Shown piece after piece: positions 1-9,915 of a DNA stretch of 64,000 bases; position 1 is the first letter of the stretch; each line of letters begins with the position of its first letter. The notes under the pieces were generated by a model, which was not told where the DNA came from, ran no database searches, and was given only the letters and a program-made list of their open reading frames with translations. Origin of the DNA: an uncultured Chloroflexia bacterium (GTDB lineage Bacteria; Chloroflexota; Limnocylindria; Limnocylindrales; CSP1-4); NCBI GenBank assembly GCA_963734535.1, contig CAVTHS010000007.1, positions 128,001 through 192,000 of the forward strand, written 5' to 3'. The translations under genes and the position numbers were made by a program.

Positions 1-2
1 AG

Positions 3-590
3 CAGCTGGGGCATCAGCTCGACGGCGTCGAGCCGAAGGAGCTGTCGAAGCTGATCAAGCAGCTCGAGTCCGACGGGCTGGCGTTCGAGGGGGCCGAGGC
101 GTCCTTCGAGCTCCTCATCCACCGCCACCGGGCGGCGTACGTCGCCCCCTTCCGGATCCTCGACTTCACGGTCCTCGTCGAGCAGCGGGAGGGCCGCGAG
201 CTCCTGGCCGAGGCGACCGTCAAGGTGGAGGTGGCGGGCGAGGTCCTCCACACGGCCGCGGACGGGAACGGCCCGGTCAACGCGCTCGACGCCGCCCTGC
301 GCAAGGCGCTCGGAGCGTTCTACCCGGTCCTCGACGGGGTCCACCTGCGTGATTACAAGGTCCGCATCCTCGATGGCAACGAAGCCACCGCCGCCCGAAC
401 CCGGGTGGTGATCGACTCGGCCGAGGGCGCCCGCACGTGGTCCACGATGGGCTCCGACACCAACATCATCGCGGCCTCGGCGGCGGCCCTGGCCGACTCG
501 CTCGAGTATGCGATCTGGAAGTCCGGCGCAGAGCTGCGCCGGCGCGACGAGCGCCACTTCACGGCGCCCGCGGGAGGAGCAGCGCGGTGA
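3..590 (+). CDS. cimA: Citramalate synthase / alpha-isopropylmalate synthase family, C-terminal part (runs off the left window edge)
   Basis: Frame open from nt 3: ...GLAFEGAEASFELL...EATVKVEV...GNGPVNALDAALRKAL...DYKVRIL...TRVVI, typical of CimA with LeuA regulatory domain. Confidence 0.85.
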   Translation, partial: QLGHQLDGVEPKELSKLIKQLESDGLAFEGAEASFELLIHRHRAAYVAPFRILDFTVLVEQREGRELLAEATVKVEVAGEVLHTAADGNGPVNALDAALRKALGAFYPVLDGVHLRDYKVRILDGNEATAARTRVVIDSAEGARTWSTMGSDTNIIAASAAALADSLEYAIWKSGAELRRRDERHFTAPAGGAAR

Positions 591-1172
591 ACGACCCGGC
601 AGGCGGGGCTGTCGGTGAGGGGACCGGCGGTGAGGTGATCGGCGGGCAGCTGCACCTCCGGCGATGGACGATGACCACGGGGTCCGGGACCGAGCGTGCG
701 ACCGGATCGCGTGCCGCCGTCGTGCTGGCGGCCGGCGATTCGCAATGGGAGGGCACGGCGGAGAGCGCGGGTGCGATCGGCGCGCTCTTCGAGGCCGTGG
801 ACGCGGCCCTCGAGGACGTGCTGGGGGGCCGCGTCCGCCTGGTTGCGTTCGACGTCCACGCGATCGGCGAGACCGCGGCCGCGGATGCGCTTGTCGAGCT
901 CGTGATCGAACCGCCGGCCGGCGCCTCGGGCGAACGCGCAACGGGTCGCTACCCGGGCGCCGCCCGCCACGTCAACCTGGTTGCGGCGTGCGCGGCCGCG
1001 TACCTCGCGGCGCTTCGCGCGACTCCTCGCCGACGACGCCTGGGCGGGAGCGATGGCCGCGGCCGGCAACGACCGGATCGCGCACGTCCGGGCGCAGGCC
1101 GCGCGCTCCAAGGCCCGGGCAGAGCTCGACGCCGACGCCGAGCTCGGATCTGCCGACTGGTTCAACCGGTAA
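587..1172 (+). CDS. Stand-alone LeuA/CimA allosteric (regulatory)-domain-like protein, one frameshift near 1015
   Basis: GTGA overlap with cimA stop; GAIGALFEAVDAAL, LVAFDVHAIGE, NLVAACAAAYLAAL resemble the LeuA_dimer domain; tail continues in ORF 981..1172. Confidence 0.6.
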
Positions 1173-1318
1173 CGGCGCCGGCTGGCCGGTCGCCGCGGCG
1201 GGTCTCATCGTGGCGCGGCCTGCATCAGGTCGGGGTCTTGCAGCGGGTGAGTAGTCTGTCGTCCTGAGGCGTGAAGCGCGGCCCCTGCGCCGTGGCCGCC
1301 GAGGGGGGAGATACCGCG

Positions 1319-1693
1319 ATGGGCGAGCACGCGAACGCCATCCTGGTCCGCCGGATGATGGAGTCGATGAGCGGCGGCGACATGCAGGCGGCATCGGATG
1401 CCCTGGCCGACGACGTGGAGTGGCACGAGATCGGTCGCGCGGAGGCGCGCCACGGTAAGGCCGAGCTCCGGGCAGCCATGCCCGGAGCCACCGACTACAC
1501 GATCACGGGTTCTGTGCATGACGTGGTCGCGAACGACGACCACGCGATCGGGCTCTTCGACGCGACTGCCACGCGCGGTGGCAGGACGTTCAGCTACCGG
1601 GTGGCGGAGATCTACCACATCCGGAACGGCAAGATCGTCGAGCGCTGGGCCTTCTCGGACGACACGGCGGCGATCGTCGCCTTCTTCGCGTAG
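1319..1693 (+). CDS. SnoaL-like / NTF2 family protein
   Basis: LADDVEWH, HDVVANDDHA, IYHIRNGKIVERW; purine-rich RBS before ATG 1319. Confidence 0.85.
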   Translation: MGEHANAILVRRMMESMSGGDMQAASDALADDVEWHEIGRAEARHGKAELRAAMPGATDYTITGSVHDVVANDDHAIGLFDATATRGGRTFSYRVAEIYHIRNGKIVERWAFSDDTAAIVAFFA

Positions 1694-1793
1694 CGGACAG
1701 CCGCCGCAGGCTTGCGGACGGCGCTCGCGGGTCGGCCGCCGCGACGCTCGCGGATCGGACGGCCGCCGCAGGGCTTGCGGACGGCGCTCGTGG
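1694..1793. repeat. Imperfect direct repeat, 2 copies of about 37 bp
   Basis: CGGACAGCCGCCGCAGGCTTGCGGACGGCGCTCG at 1694 and a near copy at 1756. Confidence 0.7.
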
Positions 1794-1922
1794 ACGGCCG
1801 GCGACGGGTCACCAGCCGGCGCGGTGCTCGCCTATCGGTCGGCGCCGGGTCGGCGGTCCCAACGAGCCTGGGTCCGTCGCCCCGCCCGCGCCGCGTGCCG
1901 GCTCCCGCGTATGCTCCGGGTC

Positions 1923-2819
1923 ATGAGCGATCAGGACCGCGACGGGGTGCCTCCTGCCGTCGGAGCCCGACCGCTCGCTGCCTTCTCGGGTGAGCCGGGC
2001 GCGTTCGCGGAGGACGCCGTCCACCTGTACTTCGGACCGGCATCCACGACGCTCGGGGTCGGCGGCTTCCGCGAGGTGTTCCAGGCGGTCGCCGATGGGC
2101 GCGCCGAGGCCGGCCTTGTTCCCATCGAGAACCTCGTCAACGGGACGGTGCGCGAGAACTACGACCTGCTCATGGGGTTCCCGCTCGAGATCCGGGGCGA
2201 GGTCGTGGTCCCGGTCCACCTCTGCCTCGCGGCATTGCCGGGTGAGCGGCTCGAGACGATCGAGCGCGTCTATTCCCACATCCAGGCGCTCGGCCAGGCG
2301 GACGCATTCCTCCGCACGCGGCCGTGGACCCTCCTGACGACGTACAACACCGCTGGAGCGGGGAAGTCGATCGTCGACCGCGGTGAGCGCGGCGCCGCAG
2401 CCGTCCTGTCGCCGCGAGCGGCGGCGCGCTTCGGGCTCGAGATCCTGGCCGACGGGATCGAGAGCGTCCCGGAGAACCGCACGCGCTTCCTCGTCATTGC
2501 CGCGCCTGGCACCGAGCTCCCGGCGCCGGCGCCCGGCGCGACCGCCGCGGACGGCGCCATGCGCACGACCCTCGTGCTGGGTGTGCGCAACGAACCGGGC
2601 ACGCTCCTGCGCTGCCTGGCCGTCTTCGCGGCGCACGGGCTCAACCTGTCGAGCCTCGAGTCGCGACCGGCCCGCGACCGCCCCTGGGACTACGTCTTCT
2701 GGGTGGACCTCGACGCCGACGCGACCCAGCCCGCGACGCAGGCGGCTCTCGACGAGCTCGGCGGGGTCACGACGCTCGTCCGCGTGCTCGGCACCTACCC
2801 GCAGGGCGCCGGCGGATAG
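1923..2819 (+). CDS. pheA: Prephenate dehydratase with ACT domain
   Basis: GEPGAFAE, VPIENLVNG, YSHIQALGQ, ENRTRFLVI, LSSLESRP, YVFWVD, VLGTYP. Confidence 0.92.
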   Translation: MSDQDRDGVPPAVGARPLAAFSGEPGAFAEDAVHLYFGPASTTLGVGGFREVFQAVADGRAEAGLVPIENLVNGTVRENYDLLMGFPLEIRGEVVVPVHLCLAALPGERLETIERVYSHIQALGQADAFLRTRPWTLLTTYNTAGAGKSIVDRGERGAAAVLSPRAAARFGLEILADGIESVPENRTRFLVIAAPGTELPAPAPGATAADGAMRTTLVLGVRNEPGTLLRCLAVFAAHGLNLSSLESRPARDRPWDYVFWVDLDADATQPATQAALDELGGVTTLVRVLGTYPQGAGG

Positions 2820-2945
2820 CCACGATCCGACGCCGCGGCCCGCGCTGGCGGGGACCGCGCCGCTGCGGCCCAGCGGGATGGTACGCTCGGACCGCGTCCG
2901 CGGCGCAGCGCGTCGTCCCACGATCTTCCCTGGAGGCACCACGCG

Positions 2946-4592
2946 ATGGCCGAATCGTTCCACGACGCGATGGTCGCGGGCTATGCGCTCTCCGAGCCGT
3001 CCCTCGTGATCGGGAGCCCGATGGAGGGCACGGCTGCGCTGCCCGACGTGCGCATCCAGGTCGCGCTGTCCATGCTCAACCGGCACGGGCTCGTCGCCGG
3101 CGCGACCGGGACCGGCAAGACGAAGACGCTCCAGCTCCTCGCGGGCCAGCTTTCGCTCGCCGGGGTCCCGGTGCTGATCGCCGACATCAAGGGCGACCTG
3201 ACCGGGCTCGCCCTGCCCGGGGACGCAACCAACGCGAAGGTGCAGTCGCGCGCCGCCGACCTGGGGTGGGACTTCAACCCGGACGGCCACCCGGTCGAGT
3301 TCCTGTCGCTCTCGGGCAAGCTGGGCGCCCAGGTCCGGGCGACGGTCCACTCGTTCGGGCCGCTCCTCCTGGGCCGCGTGCTCGACCTCAACGACACCCA
3401 GACCAGCATCCTCTCGCTGGTCTTCAAGTACTGCGACGATCACCAGCTGCCGCTGCTCGACCTCGCGGACCTCACCACCACGCTCAAGTACCTCGGCAGC
3501 GACGACGGCAAGGCGATCCTGGCCGACTACGGCGGCATCTCGCCCGCAAGCCTCGGGGTCATCCTGCGCTCGATCATCACGCTCGAGCAGCAGGGCGCGG
3601 ACGTCTTCTTCGGGGAGCCGGAGTTCGACGTCGACGACCTGATGCGGACGACGCCGGGCGGGCAGGGGATCATCAGCATCCTCGAGCTCTCGGACGTGAT
3701 GGACAAGCCCGCCCTGTTCAGCACGTTCATGCTCTGGATGCTTGCCCAGCTCTACCACGCGCTTCCCGAGGCGGGCGACCTCCCGAAGCCCAAGCTGTGC
3801 TTCTTCTTCGACGAGGCGCACCTCCTCTTCGACGACGCCTCGCAATCACTCCTGGCGCAGATCGAGCAGACCGTCCGCCTCATCCGCTCCAAGGGCGTCG
3901 GCGTCTATTTCGTGACGCAGGTGCCGACCGACGTTCCCTCGTCCGTCCTCGCCCAGCTCGGCAACCGGATCCAGCACGCCCTTCGCGTCTTCACGCCGGA
4001 GGACTCCGACAGCCTCAAGAAGACGGTCCGCACGTTCCCCATGACCGACTACTTCGAGACCGGGACCACCCTCACATCCCTGGGCATCGGCGAGGCGCTC
4101 GTGACCGTGCTCTCGCCGCGCGGCGTCCCGACGCCGCTCGCCCCGACGCGCCTGCTGCCGCCCGATTCGCTGATGGCCGCGCTCCCCACGGAGGAGCTCC
4201 AGCGGCGCATCCTGGCGGGCGCGCTGTACGCCACGTACGCGACCCCGGTCGACCGGCAGAGCGCCCACGAGATCATCACCGCCCGACTCCAGGCGGCCCA
4301 GGCCGCGGTTGCGGCGATGCAGCCACTGCCCGTTGGCGCCGGGGCCGCCGCCCCGGGCGGTCCGACGCCGGCGCAGGAGCGGGCCGAGATCGAGCGGCGC
4401 GCCCGCGAGCTTGAACGGATCCGGCGCGACGCGGAGCGCGAGGCGCGCACGCAGGCCCGCGAGGACGCCGCCGCACAGCGCGCCGCGGAACGTGCGCGGC
4501 TCCAGCGGGAGCGCGAGATCTCCCAGGTCGGCACGACCGTCCTGCGGGGCGTGCTCGGGACGCTCTTCGGCGGGAGCAGGCGCCGCCGCTGA
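2946..4592 (+). CDS. HerA-like ATPase, DUF853/YjgR family
   Basis: NRHGLVAGATGTGKT (Walker A), FFFDEAHLLF (Walker B), RLIRSKGVGVYFVTQ, QLGNRIQHALR, C-terminal RGVLGTLFG. Confidence 0.9.
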   Translation: MAESFHDAMVAGYALSEPSLVIGSPMEGTAALPDVRIQVALSMLNRHGLVAGATGTGKTKTLQLLAGQLSLAGVPVLIADIKGDLTGLALPGDATNAKVQSRAADLGWDFNPDGHPVEFLSLSGKLGAQVRATVHSFGPLLLGRVLDLNDTQTSILSLVFKYCDDHQLPLLDLADLTTTLKYLGSDDGKAILADYGGISPASLGVILRSIITLEQQGADVFFGEPEFDVDDLMRTTPGGQGIISILELSDVMDKPALFSTFMLWMLAQLYHALPEAGDLPKPKLCFFFDEAHLLFDDASQSLLAQIEQTVRLIRSKGVGVYFVTQVPTDVPSSVLAQLGNRIQHALRVFTPEDSDSLKKTVRTFPMTDYFETGTTLTSLGIGEALVTVLSPRGVPTPLAPTRLLPPDSLMAALPTEELQRRILAGALYATYATPVDRQSAHEIITARLQAAQAAVAAMQPLPVGAGAAAPGGPTPAQERAEIERRARELERIRRDAEREARTQAREDAAAQRAAERARLQREREISQVGTTVLRGVLGTLFGGSRRRR

Positions 4593-4654
4593 CGGGAGCA
4601 GGCGCGACGGGCAGCGCGCCGCTGACGGGAGCAGGCGCCGCCGCTGACGGGAGC
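4571..4654. repeat. Tandem 22-bp repeat (about 3.5 copies) duplicating the gene 3' end
   Basis: CGGGAGCAGGCGCCGCCGCTGA at 4571 and 4626, degenerate copy at 4593, partial at 4648. Confidence 0.8.
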
Positions 4655-4775
4655 GCGGGTGCCGTCGAAGACAGTCGTCCCCGTCCTGCTGTCGAGCCGC
4701 TCGTCACGGTCCCGGCCGCCGCACCTACGCCGGCGATGTAGGTCCCGACGACGACCGGCGCGGGCCCGGGTTCGC

Positions 4776-5606
4776 TCAGTCGACCTTCGTTCCTTCGACA
4801 CCGGCCGCCGCCGGCGGGTATTGCGGGTTCAGGGCATCGAGCCGATCCGCCAGGATCTCGCCGACCGCCAGGTTTCGGAGCCAGTTGCGGTTGGCGGGGA
4901 CCAGGTACCACGGCGCGTACGACGTCGACGTCTCGCGGAGCATCTCCGAGAACGCCGCGCTGTAGTCGTCCCAGCGACTCCGCTCGGCGAGGTCGCCCGG
5001 GTTGAACTTCCAGCGCTTGGTCGGGTCGTCGACCCGGTCCTGGAAGCGCTGGCGCTGCTCGTCGCGGTCGATCGCGAGGAAGAACTTGACGATCGTCACG
5101 CCCTCGTCGGCGAGCATCTTCTCGAAGTGGCGGATCTGCTCGTAGCGCGCCTTCCAACGCTCCTCCGGCACGAGACCGTGGACCCGCACGATGAGCACGT
5201 CCTCGTAGTGGCTCCGATTGAAGATGCCGATCTCGCCCCTGGCGGGGACGCGCTGGTGGATGCGCCACAGGTAGTCGTGGGCAAGCTCGAGCGCACTCGG
5301 CACCTTGAACGACGTGACGGGCGTGCCCTGCGGGTTGAATGCCCCGGCGATGACCTTGATGGTGCCGTCCTTGCCGGCGGCGTCGATCCCCTGGATCACG
5401 ACGAGCACCGCATGCTTCGCCTCGGCCCAGACACGGGCCTGCAGGTCGGTCAGGCGCGCGAGGACCTGGCTCAGCTCGTCGGTCGTCGGCCCCTTCTCGC
5501 GGCCAAAGGTGGCGGCGCAATCGAACCGGCCCAGGTCCACCTTCGACCCGGGCTTCACGCGCAGGAGCGCCTCGAACGCCTTCCGACCGTCCCGCTTCGC
5601 CGCCAT
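4776..5606 (-). CDS. ppk2: Polyphosphate kinase 2 family (polyP:nucleotide phosphotransferase)
   Basis: QGIDAAGKDG, SFKVPS, HDYLWR, FNRSHYEDVL, KRWKF, PWYLVPAN. Confidence 0.92.
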   Translation of the reverse strand: MAAKRDGRKAFEALLRVKPGSKVDLGRFDCAATFGREKGPTTDELSQVLARLTDLQARVWAEAKHAVLVVIQGIDAAGKDGTIKVIAGAFNPQGTPVTSFKVPSALELAHDYLWRIHQRVPARGEIGIFNRSHYEDVLIVRVHGLVPEERWKARYEQIRHFEKMLADEGVTIVKFFLAIDRDEQRQRFQDRVDDPTKRWKFNPGDLAERSRWDDYSAAFSEMLRETSTSYAPWYLVPANRNWLRNLAVGEILADRLDALNPQYPPAAAGVEGTKVD

Positions 5607-5763
5607 GCCGTCCTCCCTGGTGTCGCGCACGCCAGGGGCCCTTCATCGTGCTCGAGCGGCGCGGCTGGTGGTCCATCCTAGGGCCCGCCGAACGTCGTGG
5701 ATAGAATGCCGTTCATCCAGGCTGCGCGCTCGCGGGCCGCCGACATCCCCCGGAGTCCACGCC

Positions 5764-7209
5764 ATGGCAACCGCCACGAACCTCGTCCCGCACAAGATCT
5801 TCCTGGCCGGGCGCTGGGTCGACTCGCCGGACATCCTCCGCGTCACGAACCCGGCGCGCCCCGACGAACCGGCCGGCCTCACGTACCTGGCCACGCCCGA
5901 GCAGTACGAAGAGGCGGTCCGGACCGCCGTCGCCGCGTTCGAGGTCACCCGGAAGCTTCCTGCCTACGAGCGCGCAGCGACACTCCGCAACATCAGCGCC
6001 GGGATCCGGGCACGCCGCGAGGAGCTGGGCCGGTTGATCGCGATGGAGGCCGGCAAGCCGATACGCGACGCGCTCGTCGAGGTCGACCGTGCCACCCTCA
6101 CCTTCCGGCTCGGCGCCGAGGAGGCCGAGCGGCTCGGCGGCGAGGTGATCCCCCTCGACCTGATGGCCAGCAGCAAGGGCCGGGTCGGGATCACCCGGCG
6201 CTACCCGGCGGGGCCGGTCGCCGCGATCAGCCCGTTCAACTTCCCGCTCAACCTCGCGGCCCACAAGCTGGCCCCGGCGATCGCGGCCGGCTGCTCGATC
6301 GTCCTCAAGCCGCCCTCGAAGGACCCGCTCACGATGCTCACGGTGGCGGAGATCGTGGAGGAGGCCGGGGCGCCCCCGGGATCGGTGAGCATCCTTCCGA
6401 TGAGCCGCGAGCTCGGGGACCGGCTCGTCGCCGACGACCGGTTCGCGGTGCTCACCTTCACGGGCTCACCCGCCGTCGGCTGGCCGATGAAGGCTCGGGC
6501 CGGCCGCAAGCGGGTCGTCCTCGAGCTCGGCGGGAACGCTTCCGTGATCGTCGACAGGACGGCCGATCTCGGCTGGGCCGTCAAGCGGATCACGGTCGGC
6601 GCGTTCGCCTACGCCGGCCAGGTCTGCATCAGCGTCCAGCGGATCTTCGTCCACGACGACGTCTTCGATTCCTTCGTGGAGCGCTTCCGGACGGCCGCGT
6701 CCGCGCTGCGGCTCGGCGACCCGCTCGACCCGGAGACCGACCTCGGCCCGATGGTCGATGCGAAGGCAGCCGCGCGTACCCAGGCGTGGGTGGACGAGGC
6801 CGTCGCGGCCGGCGCGAAGGTCCTGCTCGGTGGCCGCGCCAATGGCACGTCCTTCCCGCCCACCATCCTTGCCGACGTGCCGCTCGACGCAAAGGTCTGC
6901 TCGGAAGAGGCATTCGCCCCCCTCGTCGTCCTCGCGCGTTTCTCCGACTTCGGCGAGGCTGTGGCCCTGGCGAACGACTCGCGGTTCGGCCTCCAGGCCG
7001 GCGTGTTCACGAACGACCTCGGCAACGCGTTCCAGGCGTTCGACGGCCTCCAGGTCGGCGGGGTCATCCTCAACGACGTCCCGACCTATCGGATCGACCA
7101 CATGCCGTACGGCGGGGTGAAGGACTCCGGGCTCGGCCGCGAGGGCCTCCGCTACGCCGTCGAGGACATGACCGAGATCCGGATCCTCGTCGTCGCCCAG
7201 CCGGGATAG
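5764..7209 (+). CDS. Aldehyde dehydrogenase family protein
   Basis: ISPFNFPLN, FTGS, LELGGN, GQVCIS, EEAFAP, MPYGGVKDSGLGREG. Confidence 0.92.
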   Translation: MATATNLVPHKIFLAGRWVDSPDILRVTNPARPDEPAGLTYLATPEQYEEAVRTAVAAFEVTRKLPAYERAATLRNISAGIRARREELGRLIAMEAGKPIRDALVEVDRATLTFRLGAEEAERLGGEVIPLDLMASSKGRVGITRRYPAGPVAAISPFNFPLNLAAHKLAPAIAAGCSIVLKPPSKDPLTMLTVAEIVEEAGAPPGSVSILPMSRELGDRLVADDRFAVLTFTGSPAVGWPMKARAGRKRVVLELGGNASVIVDRTADLGWAVKRITVGAFAYAGQVCISVQRIFVHDDVFDSFVERFRTAASALRLGDPLDPETDLGPMVDAKAAARTQAWVDEAVAAGAKVLLGGRANGTSFPPTILADVPLDAKVCSEEAFAPLVVLARFSDFGEAVALANDSRFGLQAGVFTNDLGNAFQAFDGLQVGGVILNDVPTYRIDHMPYGGVKDSGLGREGLRYAVEDMTEIRILVVAQPG

Positions 7210-7226
7210 GGGAGCGAACCGAGCCA

Positions 7227-7316
7227 GGCCAGCCGGGCCGGGCAACCTCGGGCAGCCTCGGGGTCCATCCGACCAATACGGCCAGGGCCAGACGGGCCGG
7301 GCAGCTTCGGGCAGGC
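7227..7316. repeat. Imperfect direct repeat, 2 copies of about 30 bp
   Basis: GGCCAGCCGGGCCGGGCAACCTCGGGCAG and GGCCAGACGGGCCGGGCAGCTTCGGGCAG. Confidence 0.55.
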
Positions 7317-7518
7317 CGGGCCCGTTCATTCTCCAGATATCACTCCCGGTGCTGGTATGCATCGCCCTCGGCCCGGCGACCGTTCGCCGAGCCGCCGCGG
7401 GGCTCCGGTTCGTGCTCACGCGGACGCGCTGCGAGCGGCTCGTGACGACGAATCGGCCACCGCCCGCGCTTACCAGTCTCCCGGCTTCTATCCGGGACGA
7501 GCTTGTCTCCGCCCGGCC

Positions 7519-8460
7519 TCACATGTCCGCGATCGAGCGCGCCGCGAATCGCGGCCCCCGGCGCGGGGCGTGGATGCCGGCCACCTCGATGAGCCGGATC
7601 ACGCGCGCCCGGTGTCCTGCGAACGGCGCCAGCAGCTCCAGCATCCGCTCGTCCGTCCCCCGCGGCTCGCCCGCCAATGCGTGGCAGACGGCGTGGCAGA
7701 GGTGAAAGTCGCCGACGCTCACGGCATCGGGATCGCCGAGGGCCCGCAGGCCGACCTCGGCGGCCGTCCATGCCCCGACCAGCGGGAGTGCCCGCAGGCG
7801 GGCGTACGCGTCGGGCAGCGCCATCTCCGCGCACTCCTCGGCGCGCGAGGCGTGGGCTGCTGCAAAGCGGATCGCGTCCGCCCGACGCCGTTCCAGCCCC
7901 AGCGGGTGGTAGGCGTACCCGGGCAGCCCGGCAAGCGTCGCGGGAGCCGGCGGCACCCGGAGCGGGGCCGGCCGCCGTGCTGACGCGTTGTCCCAGGGTC
8001 CCGGCGCCGGCTCGCCATGCCGGCGCACGAGGGCGGCGAACGCCGACCGGGCCTCATCTCCTGTCACCTTCTGTTCGATGATCGCCGGGACCAGCGCCTC
8101 CAGGACCCGTCGCGTGCGGCCGATCCGGATCCCGGGGAACCGCGCGTGGAGCTGGCGGAGGAGCGGGTGCCCGGCCACGATCGCGCCGAACCCGGCCGAA
8201 GCGTCGAGCGCACCGGCAAGCTCCGGCGCCTGGTCGATCGCCCAGCCAGCGCCCGGTCCCCACGCCTGCGCCCGGATCGCCCCGCCGTCCCGGACCAGGC
8301 GGAGCGTGGCCGGCCCGTCCGGCGTCCGCGTCGCCCGCCATGCCGACCCGTCGGACGAGAAGCGCAGCGTCGGGTCGCGCGGGCCCCGGCGATTCACGGC
8401 CAGCGTCAGGCGGAGGTCGAGGGGACCTGCCGGGACGAACTGGCGCACGAGCGGCTCCAT
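7519..8460 (-). CDS. DNA-3-methyladenine glycosylase II-like (HhH-GPD) protein
   Basis: AIIEQKVTG, LPLVGAWTAAEV (HhH), GDPDAVSVGDFH. Confidence 0.85.
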   Translation of the reverse strand: MEPLVRQFVPAGPLDLRLTLAVNRRGPRDPTLRFSSDGSAWRATRTPDGPATLRLVRDGGAIRAQAWGPGAGWAIDQAPELAGALDASAGFGAIVAGHPLLRQLHARFPGIRIGRTRRVLEALVPAIIEQKVTGDEARSAFAALVRRHGEPAPGPWDNASARRPAPLRVPPAPATLAGLPGYAYHPLGLERRRADAIRFAAAHASRAEECAEMALPDAYARLRALPLVGAWTAAEVGLRALGDPDAVSVGDFHLCHAVCHALAGEPRGTDERMLELLAPFAGHRARVIRLIEVAGIHAPRRGPRFAARSIADM

Positions 8461-8585
8461 GCGAGACGGAGCCTACCCCCGCCGGGAAGCGCTCCCCTTG
8501 CGCGGCCGGTGCCCGGGCATGTCCCAGCGCGGAGCCCCCCGTCGGGCTTGCCCGCAAGACGGACGATCTGCTTATCATCGGTCAC

Positions 8586-8897
8586 ATGCTTAGCGTGAAG
8601 ATCAGCACCAAGAACCAGATCGCGGTACCCAGCGAAGCGCGCAGGAAGCTCGGCCTGAAGGCCGGCGACCGCCTCGACGTCGACATCGAGGGCGACGTCA
8701 TCCACCTTCGGCGCCACGTCCCGGCCGGCGACCGCCTGTATGGCATCGGGGCGCACCTCGCGATGGCACAGATCCGGCGGAGCGGATCCGGGCGTGCGCG
8801 ACGAATGGGAAGCTGCCGCTGGAGGCGAGGACAGGTCGCGCGCGAATGCGGCGAGCACGGGCCGAGCCTGGGCGCGGTGGGCGAGGAGCAGCGGTGA
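8586..8897 (+). CDS. AbrB/MazE/SpoVT-family antitoxin (3' part probably frameshifted)
   Basis: VKISTKNQIAVPSEARRKLGLKAGDRL; GTGA overlap with the downstream PIN gene. Confidence 0.8.
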   Translation: MLSVKISTKNQIAVPSEARRKLGLKAGDRLDVDIEGDVIHLRRHVPAGDRLYGIGAHLAMAQIRRSGSGRARRMGSCRWRRGQVARECGEHGPSLGAVGEEQR

Positions 8898-9333
8898 CCA
8901 TCGACGAGCTTGCCGCGCGACATCGACGGATCTCCGTCGACGCGAACGCCTTCGTGTATCTCTTCGAAGCCGGAGGTCCGCTCGCACGCGCGACGCGGTG
9001 ATCCTCGCCTGGCAGAGACGGGACGCGTGTCGATCGTTGTGGCGAGCATGGTGCTCGCAGAGATCGCCGTCGGCCCGGTGGCGACGGGTGACGAGGCGCT
9101 GGCCGAACGCTACGCACAGGCAGTGCGTGAGGTCCGGTCTCGACATCGTGCCTCTGACCGCCGAGATCGCCGTCGACGTCGCGTGTCCGTGGCCGCACCG
9201 CCTGGAGCTCGCCGATGCCGTCCACCTCGCGACCGCCAGGTACGCCGGGGCGACGGCGATCGTCACCAACGATGAGCGGATTCGCCCGATGCCGCGCTGG
9301 AGGTGATCCAGCTGGCCGAGCCTGATCGCCTGA
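8894..9333 (+). CDS. PIN-domain (VapC-like) toxin, several frameshifts
   Basis: ISVDANAFVYLFE, SMVLAEIAVGP, LADAVHLATA, IVTND found in successive frames. Confidence 0.75.
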
Positions 9334-9350
9334 TCCTGCTCGCCCGGGTC

Positions 9351-9885
9351 TCAGTCGGTCCGGCGCCCCAGCGACCTCCCGAGCCACCCGGCGACAACCC
9401 CGCCGCCCAGGCCGATGACCAGTCCAGTCAGGTTGTCGACGACATCAGCGCTCTCGCAGGCGCGGTCGAGCACCGGCAGCAGCAGCTGGATCGTCTCGAT
9501 CGCGAAGGGCAGCGCGATCGCCGCGATCACGACGGCCGCGGTGCGACGAGACCGAGGCAAGCAGGCCAATCGTCACGCCAAGCGGGATGAACATGAGCAC
9601 GTTGACGCTCGTGTCGTTGAGGCGGAGGAGCTCCCTGAGCGGCGCCAGCCCGATCCTCGAGAAGTCGCAGGAGGACGAGCCCTGGGCGCCAAATGCCAGC
9701 GCCTCCCACTGCGGCGTCATGGTGACCGCCAGGATGACCCCGAGGCTCAGGACCATGAGCCACGCGACGGGCCGCGCCACCCGCAAGGTTCGCCCGACGG
9801 CGCCGCTCGCCACGGTGCTGACGACCAGCGCGATCGCGATGCCGGGCAGGAGCCAGGGGAGCACCTGGGAATGATGAAGGCTCAT
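9351..9885 (-). CDS. VanZ family membrane protein (frameshift near 9560)
   Basis: NVLMFIPLG...IETIQLL...RACESADVVDNLTG. Confidence 0.8.
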
Positions 9886-9915
9886 GCCGGCCCGCGCGCG
9901 GCGCGGCGCCCAGCG

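Noticed and set aside
1809-3845. Long antisense and alternate-frame ORFs (also 9415-11775, 22688-24574, 52635-55277)
   Set aside because: Shadow ORFs expected at very high GC; they overlap well-supported genes and lack motifs.
2946-4592. HerA ATPase as an anti-phage system
   Set aside because: Ordinary DUF853/YjgR type with no nuclease or SIR2 partner adjacent.
4571-4654. 22-bp repeats as a mini-CRISPR
   Set aside because: Units are directly tandem and derive from the gene end.
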